Shown here: one piece after another, positions 26,857 to 40,825 of the stretch | Numbering within the stretch: position 1 is the first letter of the stretch | Layout: every line of letters begins with the position of its first letter | NCBI GenBank assembly: GCA_973895155.1 | Contig: OZ316891.1 | Span: 24,055,899-24,119,898 of the forward strand | DNA from: Marsupella aquatica | Lineage: Eukaryota > Plantae > Marchantiophyta | DNA: 64,000 bases | Direction of reading: 5' to 3' | The notes under the pieces: model-generated | Seen by the model: the letters and a program-made list of their open reading frames with translations, nothing else | Databases searched by the model: none | Told to the model about the DNA's origin: nothing | Translations under genes and position numbers: made by a program

Positions 26857-28239
26857 AAAAATGTGGTGCGCCCCATGGCTCCCTAAACCCAAGAAACCCC
26901 CCAGCACAAGCCGATTCCCGTAGGTTTCGCGCTTGGCGAGGCCTTTTTCGCGGCTTAGCGGCATGGGACGCTGCTAACCTCTTCCTCTACTACTATTAAC
27001 ATTTTACACACACATACTGGACAGATCCTTCATCGAAGTCTGAATTCGGTACCTCCGGCTTCAGCCACGGTAACCTTACGAAGGCTTCCAAGCCGGATCC
27101 GGCCATGAAGCCCTGATATTTCCGAGTCTGCATAGCCGTAAAGCATGCATCCTCCTCCCTTGCAAAGTGTAATTGGACCTCCTCGGGGAGGATCGCCGCC
27201 CAGCCTTTCCAGGTGTCATCTCTCGTTGGAATGGCGTTGATGGGGTCGACCTCCTCCTCCTCGGCTTTTCTCTGCCTCCTGCTCTCCTGTTCGGCTGGCT
27301 TCTTTGGTGCCGCCGACCTCGTTCTTTTTGCCGGGGTGGCCCCTTCATTGTTGTTTCCCTTTCTCTTCATCTCGGCTGCCGTGGATGTCTCTCCTAGCAC
27401 GGTTGCCTTTGTCCACCCCTTTGTGCTACCCTTCAACTCCCAGTGTATGTCGTTGCAGCGTTTGATGGCTTCGCGGATGCCGACGACTCTGTCTTCGCAA
27501 AACAGCAGGTCGTCTAGCTCGTTACCGGTAGGAGTCCACAAGAATTCGGCCTTGATGAGTTCTCCTCCTAAGAAGGCAGCTTTTGGCAGTTCCCACAATC
27601 GAGCGAGCTCCTGCCGTTCTCGAGCTGCTCTCTCCGATTCTTTGTCCTCGTAAGTCCCAATGTACCCAGTTGCCCGTTCGAACAGGCATCCCCAGAAATG
27701 TGCCGCTTGATTGACGTTGCTCATACCCTTCTCAAGTTGATAGTTGGTATCTGCTCCCACCCTGAGTACCTGCCTAAGCAGTTGACAGTAGTTGGCCGCC
27801 CGTAGTCGTCTGCCCAGTTCGTGCCTGCAAATGAGCCACAACTCCTCGCGAGCGGTCCTTACCCCTCTTCTCCTCGGCGTCTCTCTTTCGGTCATGACCC
27901 CTAGCCGCCGGCACTTAGCGTGCCCTAACCCTAATCGTGTTCTCTCCCCTGGCGTCCTCACTTCCGGCCTCGGCTCGGGTTCCATAGTCACCCTTAATTG
28001 TTTATATTTTCCTTATTTTTGTAACTATACTAATGTGTTTCTAGGGTACTCTTCCCTTTTCCACTTTAAACTAGCCCAGTGATTCCTGCCTAGGCATCAC
28101 AATGGGTTAGGCTGCTACCCGCTAACCTAGGCTAAGCTGAGCCCGAACCTGAGCTTGCCTATGCTAACCTGAGCCTGAGTTTAGGCTAACCCAAGTTCAG
28201 TCTAACCCTGGCTCAATCTAACCCGAACCTGGGTTAAGC

Positions 28240-28375
28240 CTAAGCTGAAGCCGTGTTGACCTGAGCTAAGCTGAAGCTATGTTGACTTGAGCTAAGCTGA
28301 AGCCGTGCTTACATGAGCTAAGCTGAAGCCGTGCTTACATGAGCTAAGCTGAAGTCGTGCTTACATGAGCTAAGC
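28240..28375. repeat. 26-bp tandem repeat, ~5 copies
   Basis: CTAAGCTGAAGCCGTG(TTGACC/CTTACA)TGAG units at 28240, 28266, 28292, 28318, 28344. Confidence 0.85.
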
Positions 28376-29059
28376 CGTGGCCGAGCTTAGGTTAACCCGA
28401 AACCGAAGCCGAATCCGCTCATTCCGGCCACAAGTTAACCCGTCACACTAATCAGGCCGTATCTTTCTTAATACACCTCCGTTTCCCGAGTGTTTTATAT
28501 CGATTTTACTTGCCTTGACCAGATCTTTCCAATGCTCTTTACAGATCCGGAGTTGGTGACGTATTGAAAGAGATATGGTCGCCGACCACCCGCAACATAG
28601 CTTTTATTTCCCTAACATTCTAAGACTAGACTATGAACCACTAACCCAAATAACAAAATGAAGCTACACACCCAAGACATTTAGATTTCATCCTGAGCAC
28701 AATCACCATACCCCACAGCTTCATATTCAGCTATGGAGACTCGCTTCCTTAAATTACCACACCTACCTCCGTACCGGCGTCTTGAAGAGCCTCCATGCTC
28801 CATCTTGCTTGTCAAGAAGATGGTATGCTTGAAGAGCTGAATCCTCTCTTCCCTAGTTTCTCCTTTGTGACTACCTCAACTGTGTCTGCCTTGGTTGCGC
28901 AATCTTCAAGCTGAAATACCTTTATCCCTACTCTTAACGCCATGATTGCCCTTATTCTTGCCAGCTTGCTAATTGTTATGTGGTATCAATAACTACTCCT
29001 TGCATACAGCAACCTAGTTACTCAGATTATAGAACAAGGACCATGTCATCGGCGTCACA

Positions 29060-29824
29060 ATAGTTGTAAGAGTTTCAGCTCCGAGATGAGCTTCAACATT
29101 TGTATCCCCTTGTGCCTTGGGCCATTCAAATGGAGAGATCAAAGGTCTTTCTTCAAGCAAGAGAGATCGATTGAATTCTCTTTGTTCCTCAAAAAAAGAA
29201 GTCCACCAAACAACTTCTTCTTCCGAGAATAATATCTGAGCTGCAAATATACCTTTTTGAATTTCATTCAAACAATCATCCATTTCGGACAACGTCATTT
29301 TTCCTGAAGATGATACATGAGCTTGATTTCCCGCCCTTCCGTCATCTCATTTCTTGTCTCCTTTCTTGATAAGTGGCATCCCATCAGAGCACCCAATCAC
29401 CTTTGGTGGCATGTCTTCTTTCAACAATTTAACACCTCCTTCTGGTTTCCAAACCATGTCGGTGGAAAATTTCTTCCTCCATTGTGTTGGAACTTGATCA
29501 TCTTCACAAGCAAAAGAAATTTTATATTGGTGATGAAACGTAACATTTTGTATCCTTTCTTTGATCAAAGCAGGCTCTGAGAAAGCAAATTTTCAAAAAT
29601 CATATGTCTCATTTAAAAGGGTAATTTCAGGTTGGGGTTGGTAAGATTCTTGAATAATCTTACATAAACTATCATAGGTAAAGGCCTTAAATCTTCCAAG
29701 CCTTTTTGAGAACCCTACTATACATCTGATCTATTTGATCATGGGTGTGTCCAACTAAGAGGAATCCAAGTTTGATTTTTCGAAATACCTTTTTTTGTAC
29801 CAGCATGTGAAGATATGTGAAAAG
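29060..29824 (-). pseudogene. Element A transposase, catalytic/C-proximal fragment
   Basis: Minus strand reads FTYLHMLVQKKVFRKIKLGFLLVGHTHDQIDQM, then '..WWTSFFEEQ..FEWPK', homologous to element B 49400-50100. Confidence 0.88.
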
Positions 29825-32800
29825 TGTTATGAATACACAAGATGATAGTAGTCAGTAATCCCCACTCACTTCCATTATGCCAAGGACTTATATAGTCCAG
29901 AAGGGTTAACATGGTTGGGTTAATGTTAACCTATCCTATACTAGGGTTAAGTCATATTATGGGTTATAACACTTCCCCTTGGTTACTTGGACGGGGTGTC
30001 AAGGAACCACACATTTAACCCTAGTTTAAAAGTGGGAGTCACTTATGATGTAGCCTCATCAAACCTTGCTGCTTTCCTCTCAAGGAAGAGTACTACCATC
30101 ATTACAATTTGTGGTCCCTAATTCAGAAAGTCTCTAATGTGTATGCTCTAAGTCTAAAAGTAGCCTATTACTGTCTAAGCCAGTGGGCTAAGAGTAAGTA
30201 AGCGTTTATTTGTTACTCTAGTCGGGGTAGTATTGTATTCATGACGGGGGAACATGTGTCTCTCTGTAAACTGTTCGTTAGATACTACGATTTAGTAGTT
30301 TGTCGAGGTTCTACTTCGATTTTGCGTTGGCTGTGTGTTCGTGTCGGGAGTTGTCGTTAGTCGAGGAGGTTAGGGAGGAGAGACGATGCATTCCAATGGC
30401 GCTGACGTGCTTTCGATGTGTAGTCGCTGGTAGCGGCTTGGTGAAGAGGTCGGCGCAATTGTCTTGTGAGCTTATCCACTTTACTTGTATTTGCTTTCCG
30501 CTGTGTTCGTGCGTAAAGAAAAATTTCGGGTCTATGTGCTTGGTTCGATCGGTCTTCATGTAGCCTGTAACTATCTGGTCGACGCATGCCCTATTGTCCT
30601 CGTAGATGGTGGTTGGATTTGTGAGTAAGGTTTTTCCTGTCTGTTTGAGTATATGTGTGATTATACTACGGAGCCAAATCGCTTCGCGGCATGCCTCATA
30701 GAGGGCAATTACTTCGGCGTGATTCAATGACGTTGTGGTTAGGCTCTGCTTTGTGCTTCTCCAAGATATGGCGGTTTTACCCTGCAAGAAGACGTATCTT
30801 GTCTGCGACTTTGAATCTTGGGGGTCTGAGAGGTATCCAGCGTCCGCGTATCCTATAAGTTCATCCTCGCTTTCGTTGGGGAAGAATAGTCCCATGTCAA
30901 TTGTTCCTTGGAGGTATCGGAATACTCGTTTTATGCCGTTCCAGTGGCGTATTGTCGGGTGCGCGCTATGTCGTGCGAGGAGGCTCACTGCAAAGGATAT
31001 ATCCGGTCGGGTGTTGTTGGCCAGGTAAAGGAGGGCTCCGATAGCCGATAAGTATGGCTTATCTGAATCTAGTATTGGTTCGTTGTCCTGTCTTTGCCTG
31101 AACATGTCCTTCGCAGTGTCTAAGGATCTCAGCTCCATTGGCGTTGATACCGGGTATGCCTTTTGCATATTGAATTGTTGGAGGATTTTGTTTGTATAGG
31201 TAGACTGGCTAATGAATGTGCCTGTCTGTAGGTGATCGAACTGAAGGCCGAGGCAGTAAGTCGGTTCTCCCAGTTCTTTCATCTCGAAAATGCCCTTCAT
31301 TGTGTTGATTGTTTGTCGTAATAGTCGTTGTGTACCGAAGAGATTAATGTCATCGACATATAGCGCTAACACGACGAACTCTGTGTCTACTCTTTTGATG
31401 AATATACAGGGCGCTATGTCTTCTGTAATAAATCCGAGTGCTTGTATTTCGGTTTTAAATTTCTGGTACCATATACGGCCGCTTTGTTTCAGGCCGTTTA
31501 TGGATTTCAATACTTGCACAGCAAATGCCTGCTGTCCAGTCCTTCATTTTCCGGGGTACTGGAGTGGTGCTTTCTGTGTGTTGCCACTGCTCAACACAAG
31601 GCCTTTACAATCATCATTAGGGATAATCTGGTCAATTCCCGACTTCATATCCTTGCTCAGGTTCGGGTATTGCTTCCCCTGAATGTGTTCTGCCACTCTT
31701 TCGAGTAATTCCTTTGGTGCTTTCATATGAATTTCGGAGTCTAAGACTCCATATAGGTATGCCGTTACTACGTCCATAAGGATATTGCATAACTGGTGTT
31801 TGCGAGAGAAAGCAATTAAATACCTGAATGTCGTCACGTCCATTACTGGTGAATATGTTAGATCATAGTCCCTGCCTGGGATCTGGGTGTATCCTTTTGC
31901 TACTAACCGCGCTCTGTATCTGATAACATCACCTTTTGCATTTCGCTTTTTAATGAACGTAAATCGGCTGTCTGTATAGTCATTGTTAGGATCAACTTGT
32001 TTGACTGGTCCGAAGACTTGTCGACGGATTAGTGCATCCATTTCTGTGTCAATGGCCTCTTTCCAGTGTGGCCAATCTGACCTTGTTTGTGCTTCTTTGA
32101 TTGTTAAAGGGTCCGAAGTATCATTGGTTATTTCTTGAGCTATATGGTAAGCAAATTGTTCGTCGACAGTAGTGTTTTGTCTCGTGTAAATTTGTCCTGT
32201 ATGCTTATACTGAATTGACATCTCCTCATTACCCGATATGTCTGGTGTCTCGGATTCATTATTAATGAAGTGAAAAGTAGTTTCAGGAATTACCTGATGG
32301 GGGCGTCTTTGGCGGGGTCGGGTATCATGTGATCCTGGTGGCCTACCTCTTTTCGCCTTAGGGGCAGCTACTGTTGCTGGAGGAGTATTCATTTGTACTC
32401 TGGCTGGTACATTGGTTGCCTCGTTGTGGGATTTTGTAACATTTGCTGCATCATTAAATGCATCTGGGATCTTATCTAGCATCTCGTGGAGGTGGAGTAA
32501 TCGTCTAACTTCTGCATCCGTTTGTTTCGTCCTCGGGTCCTGGTTGAGTAAGTTTCTGCTGTTCCAGTTGATCTGGTGTGGGTGCAAGTCCCCTGTCATT
32601 TGTTTGTCTATGCTTAGGGTGGGAAAAGTGTCTTCGTAAAAATGACAATCTGTATGTCTTGCCTTAAACACATCGGCTGTTGTCGGTTCCAGGTAGCGAA
32701 TGATTGAGGATGAGTCATTTCCGATGTAGATTCCTTCTTGTCTTTGAGGTCCGATTTTTGTACGCTTGGGTCCCAGTATTGGGACCATGACTTTGCATCC

Positions 32801-33117
32801 AAATACCCGCAGGTGTGACAGGTCTGGAGGTAGTCCGAACGCTAAGTGGTGTGGAGTCTTTGTGTTGAACGCCGATGGTCTGTATTGAAGCAGTGTGGCA
32901 GCATGGAGGACTGCGTGTCCCCATGTGGATAGGGGTAACTTTGAATTCATTAACAGGGGTTATGATAACGTGTTATGAATACACAAGATGATAGTAGTCA
33001 GTAATCCCCACTCACTTCCATTATGCCAAGGACTTATATAGTCCAGAAGGGTTAACATGGTTGGGTTAATGTTAACCTATCCTATACTAGGGTTAAGTCA
33101 TATTATGGGTTATAACA
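29825..33117 (-). mobile_element. Internally deleted Ty1/copia element (Bianca-like)
   Basis: 147-bp LTRs 29825-29971 and 32971-33117, identical by eye; TSD AAAAG. The PBS remnant CGTTATCA is directly followed by mid-integrase sequence. Confidence 0.93.
30311..32950 (-). pseudogene. copia pol remnant (partial INT, RT, RNase H)
   Basis: WGHAVLHAA, GPQRQEGIY, YRARLVAKG, YVDD, ADLFTK; one in-frame TGA at 31544-31546. Confidence 0.92.
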
Positions 33118-34610
33118 AAAAGTAAATTGTTTTTGTTTTCCCTACTTGTATTGTCAAGCTGAAGGTAAAAAACTAGTGGAAGGCCCCCATACTTCTCTTG
33201 ATATTCTAGGAATACTCTTTGTAAAATAGTAATGGTAAGATTTCCATCATTATGGAGAACTGGATAATTAAGGAACACCCTAGAAAATAGTGCTCCGTGG
33301 AAAAGAAGACAACCAACCATGTGCATTTGGATTAAACAGGACTCATCAACGGATTTTGGAGGACGTGGCCAATGGGGTAATCTAGTCGTTTTTTGATCCA
33401 TTCCATCAATCACAACTCCCAAATATTTTTCTGGGTTTGTGAAACATTTTTTTCGATGCTTTGCTAGTTTTTCCCGCTCTTTCGATTGTTGTTCTCGATG
33501 TTTTTGTAACATTATTTCTCCTTCGATGCTTTGCTAGTTTCAGAGACTCCTTTGTCTCGAATCATTTTGAATTCTTCACAGCCTGCACAAGCACTAAAAC
33601 GATTCACAGGAGGAATCTTCACATGCCCAAAGTCTTGTGACCATACTTTCAAAAATTGCCAATATGATATTTTGGATGACTCATCAGTGATCACATAGCT
33701 TGAATCATATATTTTCCAAACTTCTAGTTTGGAATAATTATCAGGCAAATGTGAAACATCTTTATTTGGTAGAGTCTCCACACGAGTCTCAAAAAAAAAC
33801 TTCAACCAAGAACTCAATACCAATGTTCTCACAGATGGAGGTCGACCAGCCGGTCTAAGATAAGCAAGATCTTGATTGCCTAGCTTCTTGATCCTATTCA
33901 ATCTCTCATTTCCTACACAAAAGATCATCTTGAAAGCTTTCCTACACACATCTCTTTGTCCAATCATGTATGTGACATTGGACCTCTCCTCTTCATTTCC
34001 GTCTTGCTTGACGAGCCACTGCAAAGATAAAGATCAATCCTGAGATTTTTGCCTCAAAAACTTGGAGCGTGCTTCACGAATTTGTTTTGGTGAAAGACTC
34101 AGGAGACAATGACATTGACAACAGTACTTACAATTTGTCTTCTTGATATCCTCCTCTGTCATCTTTGTTCCACACAAGCTGAGATTTGACGGTCATTTAT
34201 TAGCCATCATAACTCTCTCTGCAAGCTCTCCATCACTCTCAGAAGAAGATTCTTCGATTGAAGAAGATATATCCACAAGTTTATCAAGTTGGTATGCAGA
34301 CAAACCCCTCCTCACCCGCCCTCGAGCAGGCCCTTGAGGACTCAATGGCTCTTTCTTCACTCTCAAAAGGAGTGAGTTTGATTGATTTCGATCTGAATTC
34401 CCAAAGAAACCACCTTTGGTTGACTCTCTTGGCCTCTTGTTTGGAATCTCCTCAAAGACCTTCTTCTTGCCCTTGTTGTATATTGACTTAGATCCGCTTC
34501 CAACCTTAGCCAAACAATCAAAGTTCCCTGGAGATCTTCTCAAATTGATCCTCTCCTTGTTTGAATTAGTCTCTGTTCCAAGCGGCCTCCTTGTTTCCGC
34601 TCTCACTCCT
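33118..34610 (-). pseudogene. Element A transposase, central fragment
   Basis: VCRKAF, LPNKDVSHLP, IPPVNRFSACAGC, VIDGMDQ, QLDNTSRENKN. Joins the flanking fragments in frame across TSDs AAAAG and CTCCT. Confidence 0.9.
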
Positions 34611-37600
34611 TGTGGCGCATATCCCAAGACCTCTAACCCCAAGAACTCCCCTCAACCAATCATAAACCACTTGCTTATGTCCGTCCTCTTGACATATGGC
34701 AGCTATTCGGCTTGGAGACGCGATACTCTCCTTCGATCCACACTTACCGGACCGATTCTTTCACTGGGCTTGTGAATTGTGCACAACTGAGACACCTAAT
34801 TCCTCTTTAACTTCTTCAGGTATATTTGTATTCCGCCCCCGGAATGTACCTCTACGGCTAAATTTCTTAAGCCGGCTGAAGGTCTTTTTCAGACTGACTC
34901 AACCCACACTTCACCGACCAACACTCTCAATCCTCACTTTTCTCTCAGAGTTTGATTGGGCAGTCTCCAATCAAGACAATGCGATTGTATTTTGCTCAAC
35001 AGTTCACCCTATTTGACTCAAATTGATCAAGCAACAGATATCATAACACTCAACTTCTTGGATGGCAAGAATCTGCGAACTATGCAACGAGGCCAACTCA
35101 ATTCAAACAATTGCTCAAAAATCCAAGGAAACTGGTGGTTTACTGATACCCTGCGGTCTAGATTTAGCCGAGAGCTTCCTGTGCTCACAATAATACAGAT
35201 TAACACTAAAGTTTTGACTAAGAAAATGCCCCCAAAGCCACGCCGCCCAGGTTTTTATCCTTGCAGCGCGTCCAGGAAAAAACAAACGGAAATCCTAACC
35301 ACCACACACGGCCTTCCACCGCGATAATCCTACCAAAAAACTATCACCTAAGAACTTGAATAGCCCGGAACCCTGTGTGAACCGAGCATCTACTTCTACC
35401 TAAGCCGGCAGGGCGCTACTTGCCCTGTCCCATCCTACAACGGCCGCGCTCTTTTGGCCCAAGCCCTTCTCCTGCTGCCACATCCTCCTTCCAACCGATG
35501 ACTGGCCCTCCTTAATTGTCAGATGACCGGGGGTAAGTCCGAATCTTCCGACTCTGCATCTTCTCCTGTCATTGGCCCCAGCCTGACCCCTTCGGCTTCC
35601 TCGACTTTGGGTTCTGGTTTGTCGGCCCCGGCCTTGGTCTCGGCGCCGACATCGGCATCCTCCTGGGAAACGGCTTGGAGAGCCTTTGCCTTCACTTCCT
35701 CAATCCAAGCCTTTTCCCCGATGCGCTCGGTCTCGATAACCCACGGCTTCACGTTCTATGCGTCCATAGAAGCAGTACCATCGTCTAAACCTGTTACCGC
35801 AGCTCCAAGTTTATCCGTAGTACTTACCTCTACCACAGCTGCCTTCAGGGCCACAGTACCACAAATGTGAGCGGCCATGCTCTCGACTTCCTCCGGAGTG
35901 GCTTTAAGGGCCTTAACTTTATTATTGCTTGGCCCCATGAACGTCTTTGCCAAGTCTGCCACCAACTGCATGGCTTTGCCCCCAGTCACGCTTAACAACA
36001 GGGAGCTTGGCTTTGGCTTCGGCTTCACTATATTTCCGCCTACCATACTACTGACGGGAAGCCTTTTAGTTGGTGACCCATATCCCGCTTCGGCATACTG
36101 CTTCAATTTCTGCGTTTGATTGTCGGCACGCCTCTGCAACCCGATCATCTTATCCTTGGCCTCCTCCAATTCCTGAGATACGTCTTCAACTTCATTGTTA
36201 AGCCATAGTATCTCGGCCCTGGCCGTCTTTAGCTCCTCATTTAAGATCTGCACGATCTCCAACTCTTGCTTATCTACGGCTACTTTCAAGGAGTCGTTGA
36301 TACCTTCTAGTTTTGTGACCTCGTTAGTCCATGCTTGCTTTGTCCTGGTTAGCTCCTCCTGAAGCTCCTTGCGTATCTGTTGAACCCGGTTTAGGTGATC
36401 ATTGGCCGCCGTGCACATGGCGTCATCATGCTTCTCACGCATGGCCTCCAACCGGTCGAGTAACTTATCATACTTCCTTTGGGCTTCTGCCAAGGCTTCT
36501 TGCTCTGGGTGGCCTGCTCCTTAGCCGTCTTTCTGAGCCTCTCAACTTGGCGATTTAAACCCTGTACTTCTACTTTTGAATTGGCTAACTCCAGCTCTAT
36601 CTTCGTCAACTTTTCCTTGATTTGCTGGTTATCCAATTGGTAGTTTTCCAATTGGTTGTTTGCCACTTCCAATTCCTGCTGCTTAGCCAAGAGATCCTGC
36701 TGAGTTGGTTGACCAGACTTCGTCTTAGCAACTTCGGCCTCCATGGAGCAAATCCGAGCAATTACTTCCTCCTTCTTCAATCGCTCCAATGTCATTGCCT
36801 CCTCCAGTCTCGTCTGAGCAGCCATTTCTTTATTAAAATAAAATTAAAAAAACGGATTCCAACTCGTTGCCGAAGATTTCTAAGGCTAAGAGTCCACACA
36901 TGTCTCCATACTCCTTAGCCTGATTTCTTGCGTAGTTTGACCTCCCAGGTGATACTGGCATCTCCCATTGAGGTCGTCTCTCCCAAGCTTCTGCCCGTAA
37001 TTGATCAAAGTCAGTGAGAGGTTCGGCTTGCCTCTCACTAAGCCGTCTTATTCCTTCCGGCCACTCTCCTCCTGGTAGCTGGCATTCATGTTCTGCATTC
37101 TGGGCCCCCCACTCCTTAATCTTCTCATGTAGCCCGGCTTCCGCTTCCTTCATCTTGTCGAATTCCAATGGCGTCACATCTGGTGGAGGAGATTTTGGCA
37201 TTTTCTGGTCTTCCGGTTTGCCATAGAAGACCGCGGGAAGTCTTCTACAAAACCTTCCCATTGTTCTAAGTCTTGGGACCGGCCTCTCCCCGTGATCGAC
37301 ATAGTTGTCGTCATAATCATCCACATTAACCTGACTACCTAACATGCCAGCCTCTCCTCCAAAGCCCCCGATCTCTTCCTCTAAAAATTGTTGGGCTGCT
37401 GCGGTTGACCTTCCTCCACGGGTCCGTTCACTTGGGCTCTGTTAGAAGCTTTTACTACCGGCCTCTCCTGGCCTCGGCTTACCTCCTCATCTGTGTCCGA
37501 ATCCATTCGCTCGTCATATTTCTTTCTCTCTTCGACAGTCATCTTCCTCTTGACCAACTGGATGCCTGCATATGGATTATTGCGAGTAGGCCGGCGTAAC

Positions 37601-39249
37601 AGATTTCTCACTACATCATATGTTACTACCTATGGCTCCTTGATAGGGGAATGCTCCCGTTCTTGTGTTGCCTGTGTTGCCGACCTCCTCCCGTGGCGTC
37701 GTATGTTTAGAGGCTCCTTGTCCTCCTCCACCTCCTCAAGTGGTGCAGTGATCTGCATCCGCTCCTGTATAGGCAACACTGGTGTAAAAGACTGGCTTCT
37801 TGCATATCGGCAAAGTAATTGCAGATGGTACCCTAGTCTGGATACCACTCCCTCCCCAATGCTCTACTTCTCTTCGTTTAATGCCTTCTTCAACTGCATT
37901 AAGAGATAGCCGTTGTAGTCTCGGCTTGCATCGATATTCTCTACCAAAAATACCTGGGCTTTGCCAATTTCTGCTCTCGGCAAGGTACAATGCAATGTGA
38001 CTCTTAGGAAATCAATTGATCAGCTGCCCTATATGTGGGTGGGTACATTGATTCCTGAAAAACCCATTCTTAGTGGAAGGCCCTAGAAATGACCTGAACT
38101 GGTCATCCGGCAACGTCTTCCTCTGCTCCACCTTTGACTTCCTTCCTGTTGGTAAAGCGAACACGGCTTCAATCAGCGCAGGTGTTAATTCGAACACCTT
38201 TCCATACAACAGTATTGTGTTGGAAGAAGCCTCCCAGCATCCCACGAAGTCCAACAAATCCTCATCCGGAATGTCTACCATTCTCCAGGACAACCTGACA
38301 AAGCCCTCCAACCCAGTGTCATTCATATATCCTGCATATTTATTATCTTGAACGGCACTAAAGACCTCATCCTCATCTCTTGCGAACTGTAATTGTAAAT
38401 CGGCAGGTAACCTATTCGCCCACCCTGTCATGTTTTTATCTTCTATAGCCCAATCTCTAATTGGTTCGGATTCCATCTTGATTGGTCTCTCCGACCTAGT
38501 TCGCTTTGCTGGAGTTGCAGATGCCGAACCTCCCTTGCGCTTCATTTCTTCAGCGCCTAAATACTCCCCAAGAATAGCTGCCTTCGTCCACTTCGCAATG
38601 TGACCCTTCAATTCCCAAAGTGGTTGCCCGGCGTTCTTGATTGCCTCCCTGATCCCCACGACCTTATTCTCCCAAATTAGCAATTCATCAAGCTCCGCAC
38701 TGGTGGGTGTCCACGAGAACTTTTCCAACACCTCCTCCGTATCTACAAATGCCAATTTGTGAATTCCCCACAATTGCGCAAGCTCTGCTTTTTCTCTGGC
38801 TGCGCGCTCTGGCTCAACGTCTTCATACGTAGGTATCAGCTGTCTTGCTTCTTCAAGCAAACAGCCCCAAAACTTCCCTGCCTGATTCACCGTGTTCATT
38901 CCACCGAATGCCAAGAACTTGCGCAATTTCCCAAACCACCTCCCCCGATCGATCGGCAGCTGATTCCACCTCCCTAGGTTGATCGAACAAGCAATTGCAC
39001 TAGTGTACAGAGTGTAGGTCCCCTCCCTACGAAGCCGCCTCCTGATGGCTTACCTGATCAAGCCCCAATTAGGTCATAACCCTAATCCCACTTAATCACA
39101 ACCGTTGGATCCGATCCCATCACAATTTCCCCCGAACACATTGCAATCGGTATCGAACCTTATTCCTGCCTAATTATATCTACCTAATCTTTATTTAGCC
39201 ATTATTTTAGGCTTAACTAAGTACTTTGTGATCCTGGCACGGCATCACA
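34611..39249 (-). mobile_element. 4.6 kb solo LTR (gypsy), related to the 16333-20645 LTR
   Basis: Termini TGTGATGCC...GCGCCACA on the minus strand; perfect TSD CTCCT (34606-34610, 39250-39254). Confidence 0.9.
35519..38926 (-). pseudogene. LTR-internal ORF (homologue of 17229-20529)
   Basis: Shares FWGCL, KVVGIREAIK, GPSTKNGFFRN, EYGxMCGxLALxIFG and a coiled coil with the gypsy LTR ORF; several stops. Confidence 0.8.
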
Positions 39250-39760
39250 CTCCTTCTTGAAATTTGAAAGATGTAGGACGAGAATACTCACTCTCTTTCA
39301 TTGTTGCATGTTGCACACCACGACTTTCCCGGAGTGCACAAAAATCCACTTTTGGGCTTTCACTGGGCATTTTTGGCACATCTCCAGATCTGGCCTTCAT
39401 GAATTCATGAGTCCTCTTTTTCAGCTCTCCACTATGTTGAGGGCCTACAGAACGCACACCCAATTTAACCCCCCTTTGAGAAGGATTCAATAATACTTGA
39501 CGACCAGGGGGACTTGTACTCTCAGATGAGTCCGAAGAGTCAGAGTGCTCACTAAGACAAGGACCACATACTTTTTGCTGAATATTTGGTACACTTAGAG
39601 CCTTTCCTTTCAACTTACTCATTGGAGTTGGGGGAAGCATCTCCAAAATAGTGGTTTTACTAGGAGCATCTGGAGAAGTAACAGGACAAGGACAATCCGG
39701 GAAGGAAACATCATCCGAAATACCATCCAAATAATTGTCTGACTCATAACAGGCTGCCAT
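39250..39760 (-). pseudogene. Element A transposase, N-terminal fragment
   Basis: ATG at 39760 (MAACYESD...). Removing the solo LTR gives in-frame FKFQEG-VRAETRR into 34610. Confidence 0.75.
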
Positions 39761-40825
39761 TTCAAAAATTGCACAAAACTCACAAGGGAACACCTAGAAC
39801 ACCAAATGAACTCAAACTGAAAAATAGAAATGAGACAGAGTCATGAATACAAAGCCCCTTTTATAGATTTTGGAAATAACTCAAAAACTTAATTAGCAAT
39901 AAAATAAGAAAAAGGGCCACGCCCTTCATTAGGAATTAGTGGCAAGGAAAGAAATCTTTCATGAACAAATAGTTTATTATTTCTCCAAATCTCACAGGTT
40001 TACTTATGTTTTCAGGTTTCTAATACTCATTAGAGTTCTTGTAGACTTGGTTAATTCATTCCTGTGAAGTCTTCTCCTGAAATATTGTGAGGCTTCTCAT
40101 AATTTTATTTTTTACTTTTAGCATATGTTTTCATGCCAAACTCTTAAGATAGTGTATCAGTAATGCATTGGTCATTTTTACCCCATGTTTTCTTTGAGGT
40201 TTGTGGAGACTATTCAATTGCAACCAAAAATGTTTTTGATGACCCCTGTTTTTAGGGGTTTTCTTGGTTTTTCTTGTATTTCTATTACCCATGGTATTGG
40301 TTATTTTTGGCCCAAATTTTGACTTTTCACTAGATTCTTTCAAAATGATACTTGATTCCCTTTCATGAATTCATGAAGGGTTATGACCTTCCTGGATTCC
40401 TGAAGTGGAGGTGGCGAAAGCTTCATGAATTCATGACCCCAAAAATTAGAAAATGCTAAGTTTGAGACAAATTGGACTGTCAGGTGCTTGGAGTGTGGGC
40501 GTGCATCTGCAAAGCGCGAACGGAAAGGAAGCTTGGCGAAGAGCTATGGTGGGCTGAAGCTTGGTGCTGTGGAAAGCTCTTCCCTCAGTGATTGGTGTGG
40601 TCTGAATAGGAGTTGGGTTGAATCCCTAAACCGGAACTGAAAATCGAGGGCGGACCAACATCTGGTGCAGCTCTGTAATTTCCTGGCTATTGAGGCGCAG
40701 ATCGGTCGTGGAATGGAGGATTAATCGTGGAAGGGAGTGGAAGAAATTTGGTTAGGAGACATCAAGATCAAAAGCTGTCGTGCAAGTTTGCGCTCAGGAG
40801 AGAGTTTTCGGGGAGGGATTGTTGA

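Larger units (their letters stand above)
16333..28101 (-). mobile_element. Ty3/gypsy LTR retrotransposon (no chromodomain seen) with very long LTRs
   Basis: 3' LTR 16333-20645 and internally deleted 5' LTR 26862-28101 (TGTGATGCC...GCACCACA). TSD ACGGG/ATGGG. PBS and PPT present; order gag-PR-RT-RH-INT. Confidence 0.95.
14505..29059 (-). mobile_element. ~2.8 kb solo LTR (gypsy-type) hosting the full gypsy element
   Basis: Minus-strand termini TGTGACGCC...GTGATA; perfect TSD ATAGT (14500-14504, 29060-29064). Confidence 0.8.

Noticed and set aside
28107-28440. Interstitial telomeric repeat
   Set aside because: CTAACC motifs are interspersed within longer degenerate units, not tandem TTTAGGG/TTAGGG.
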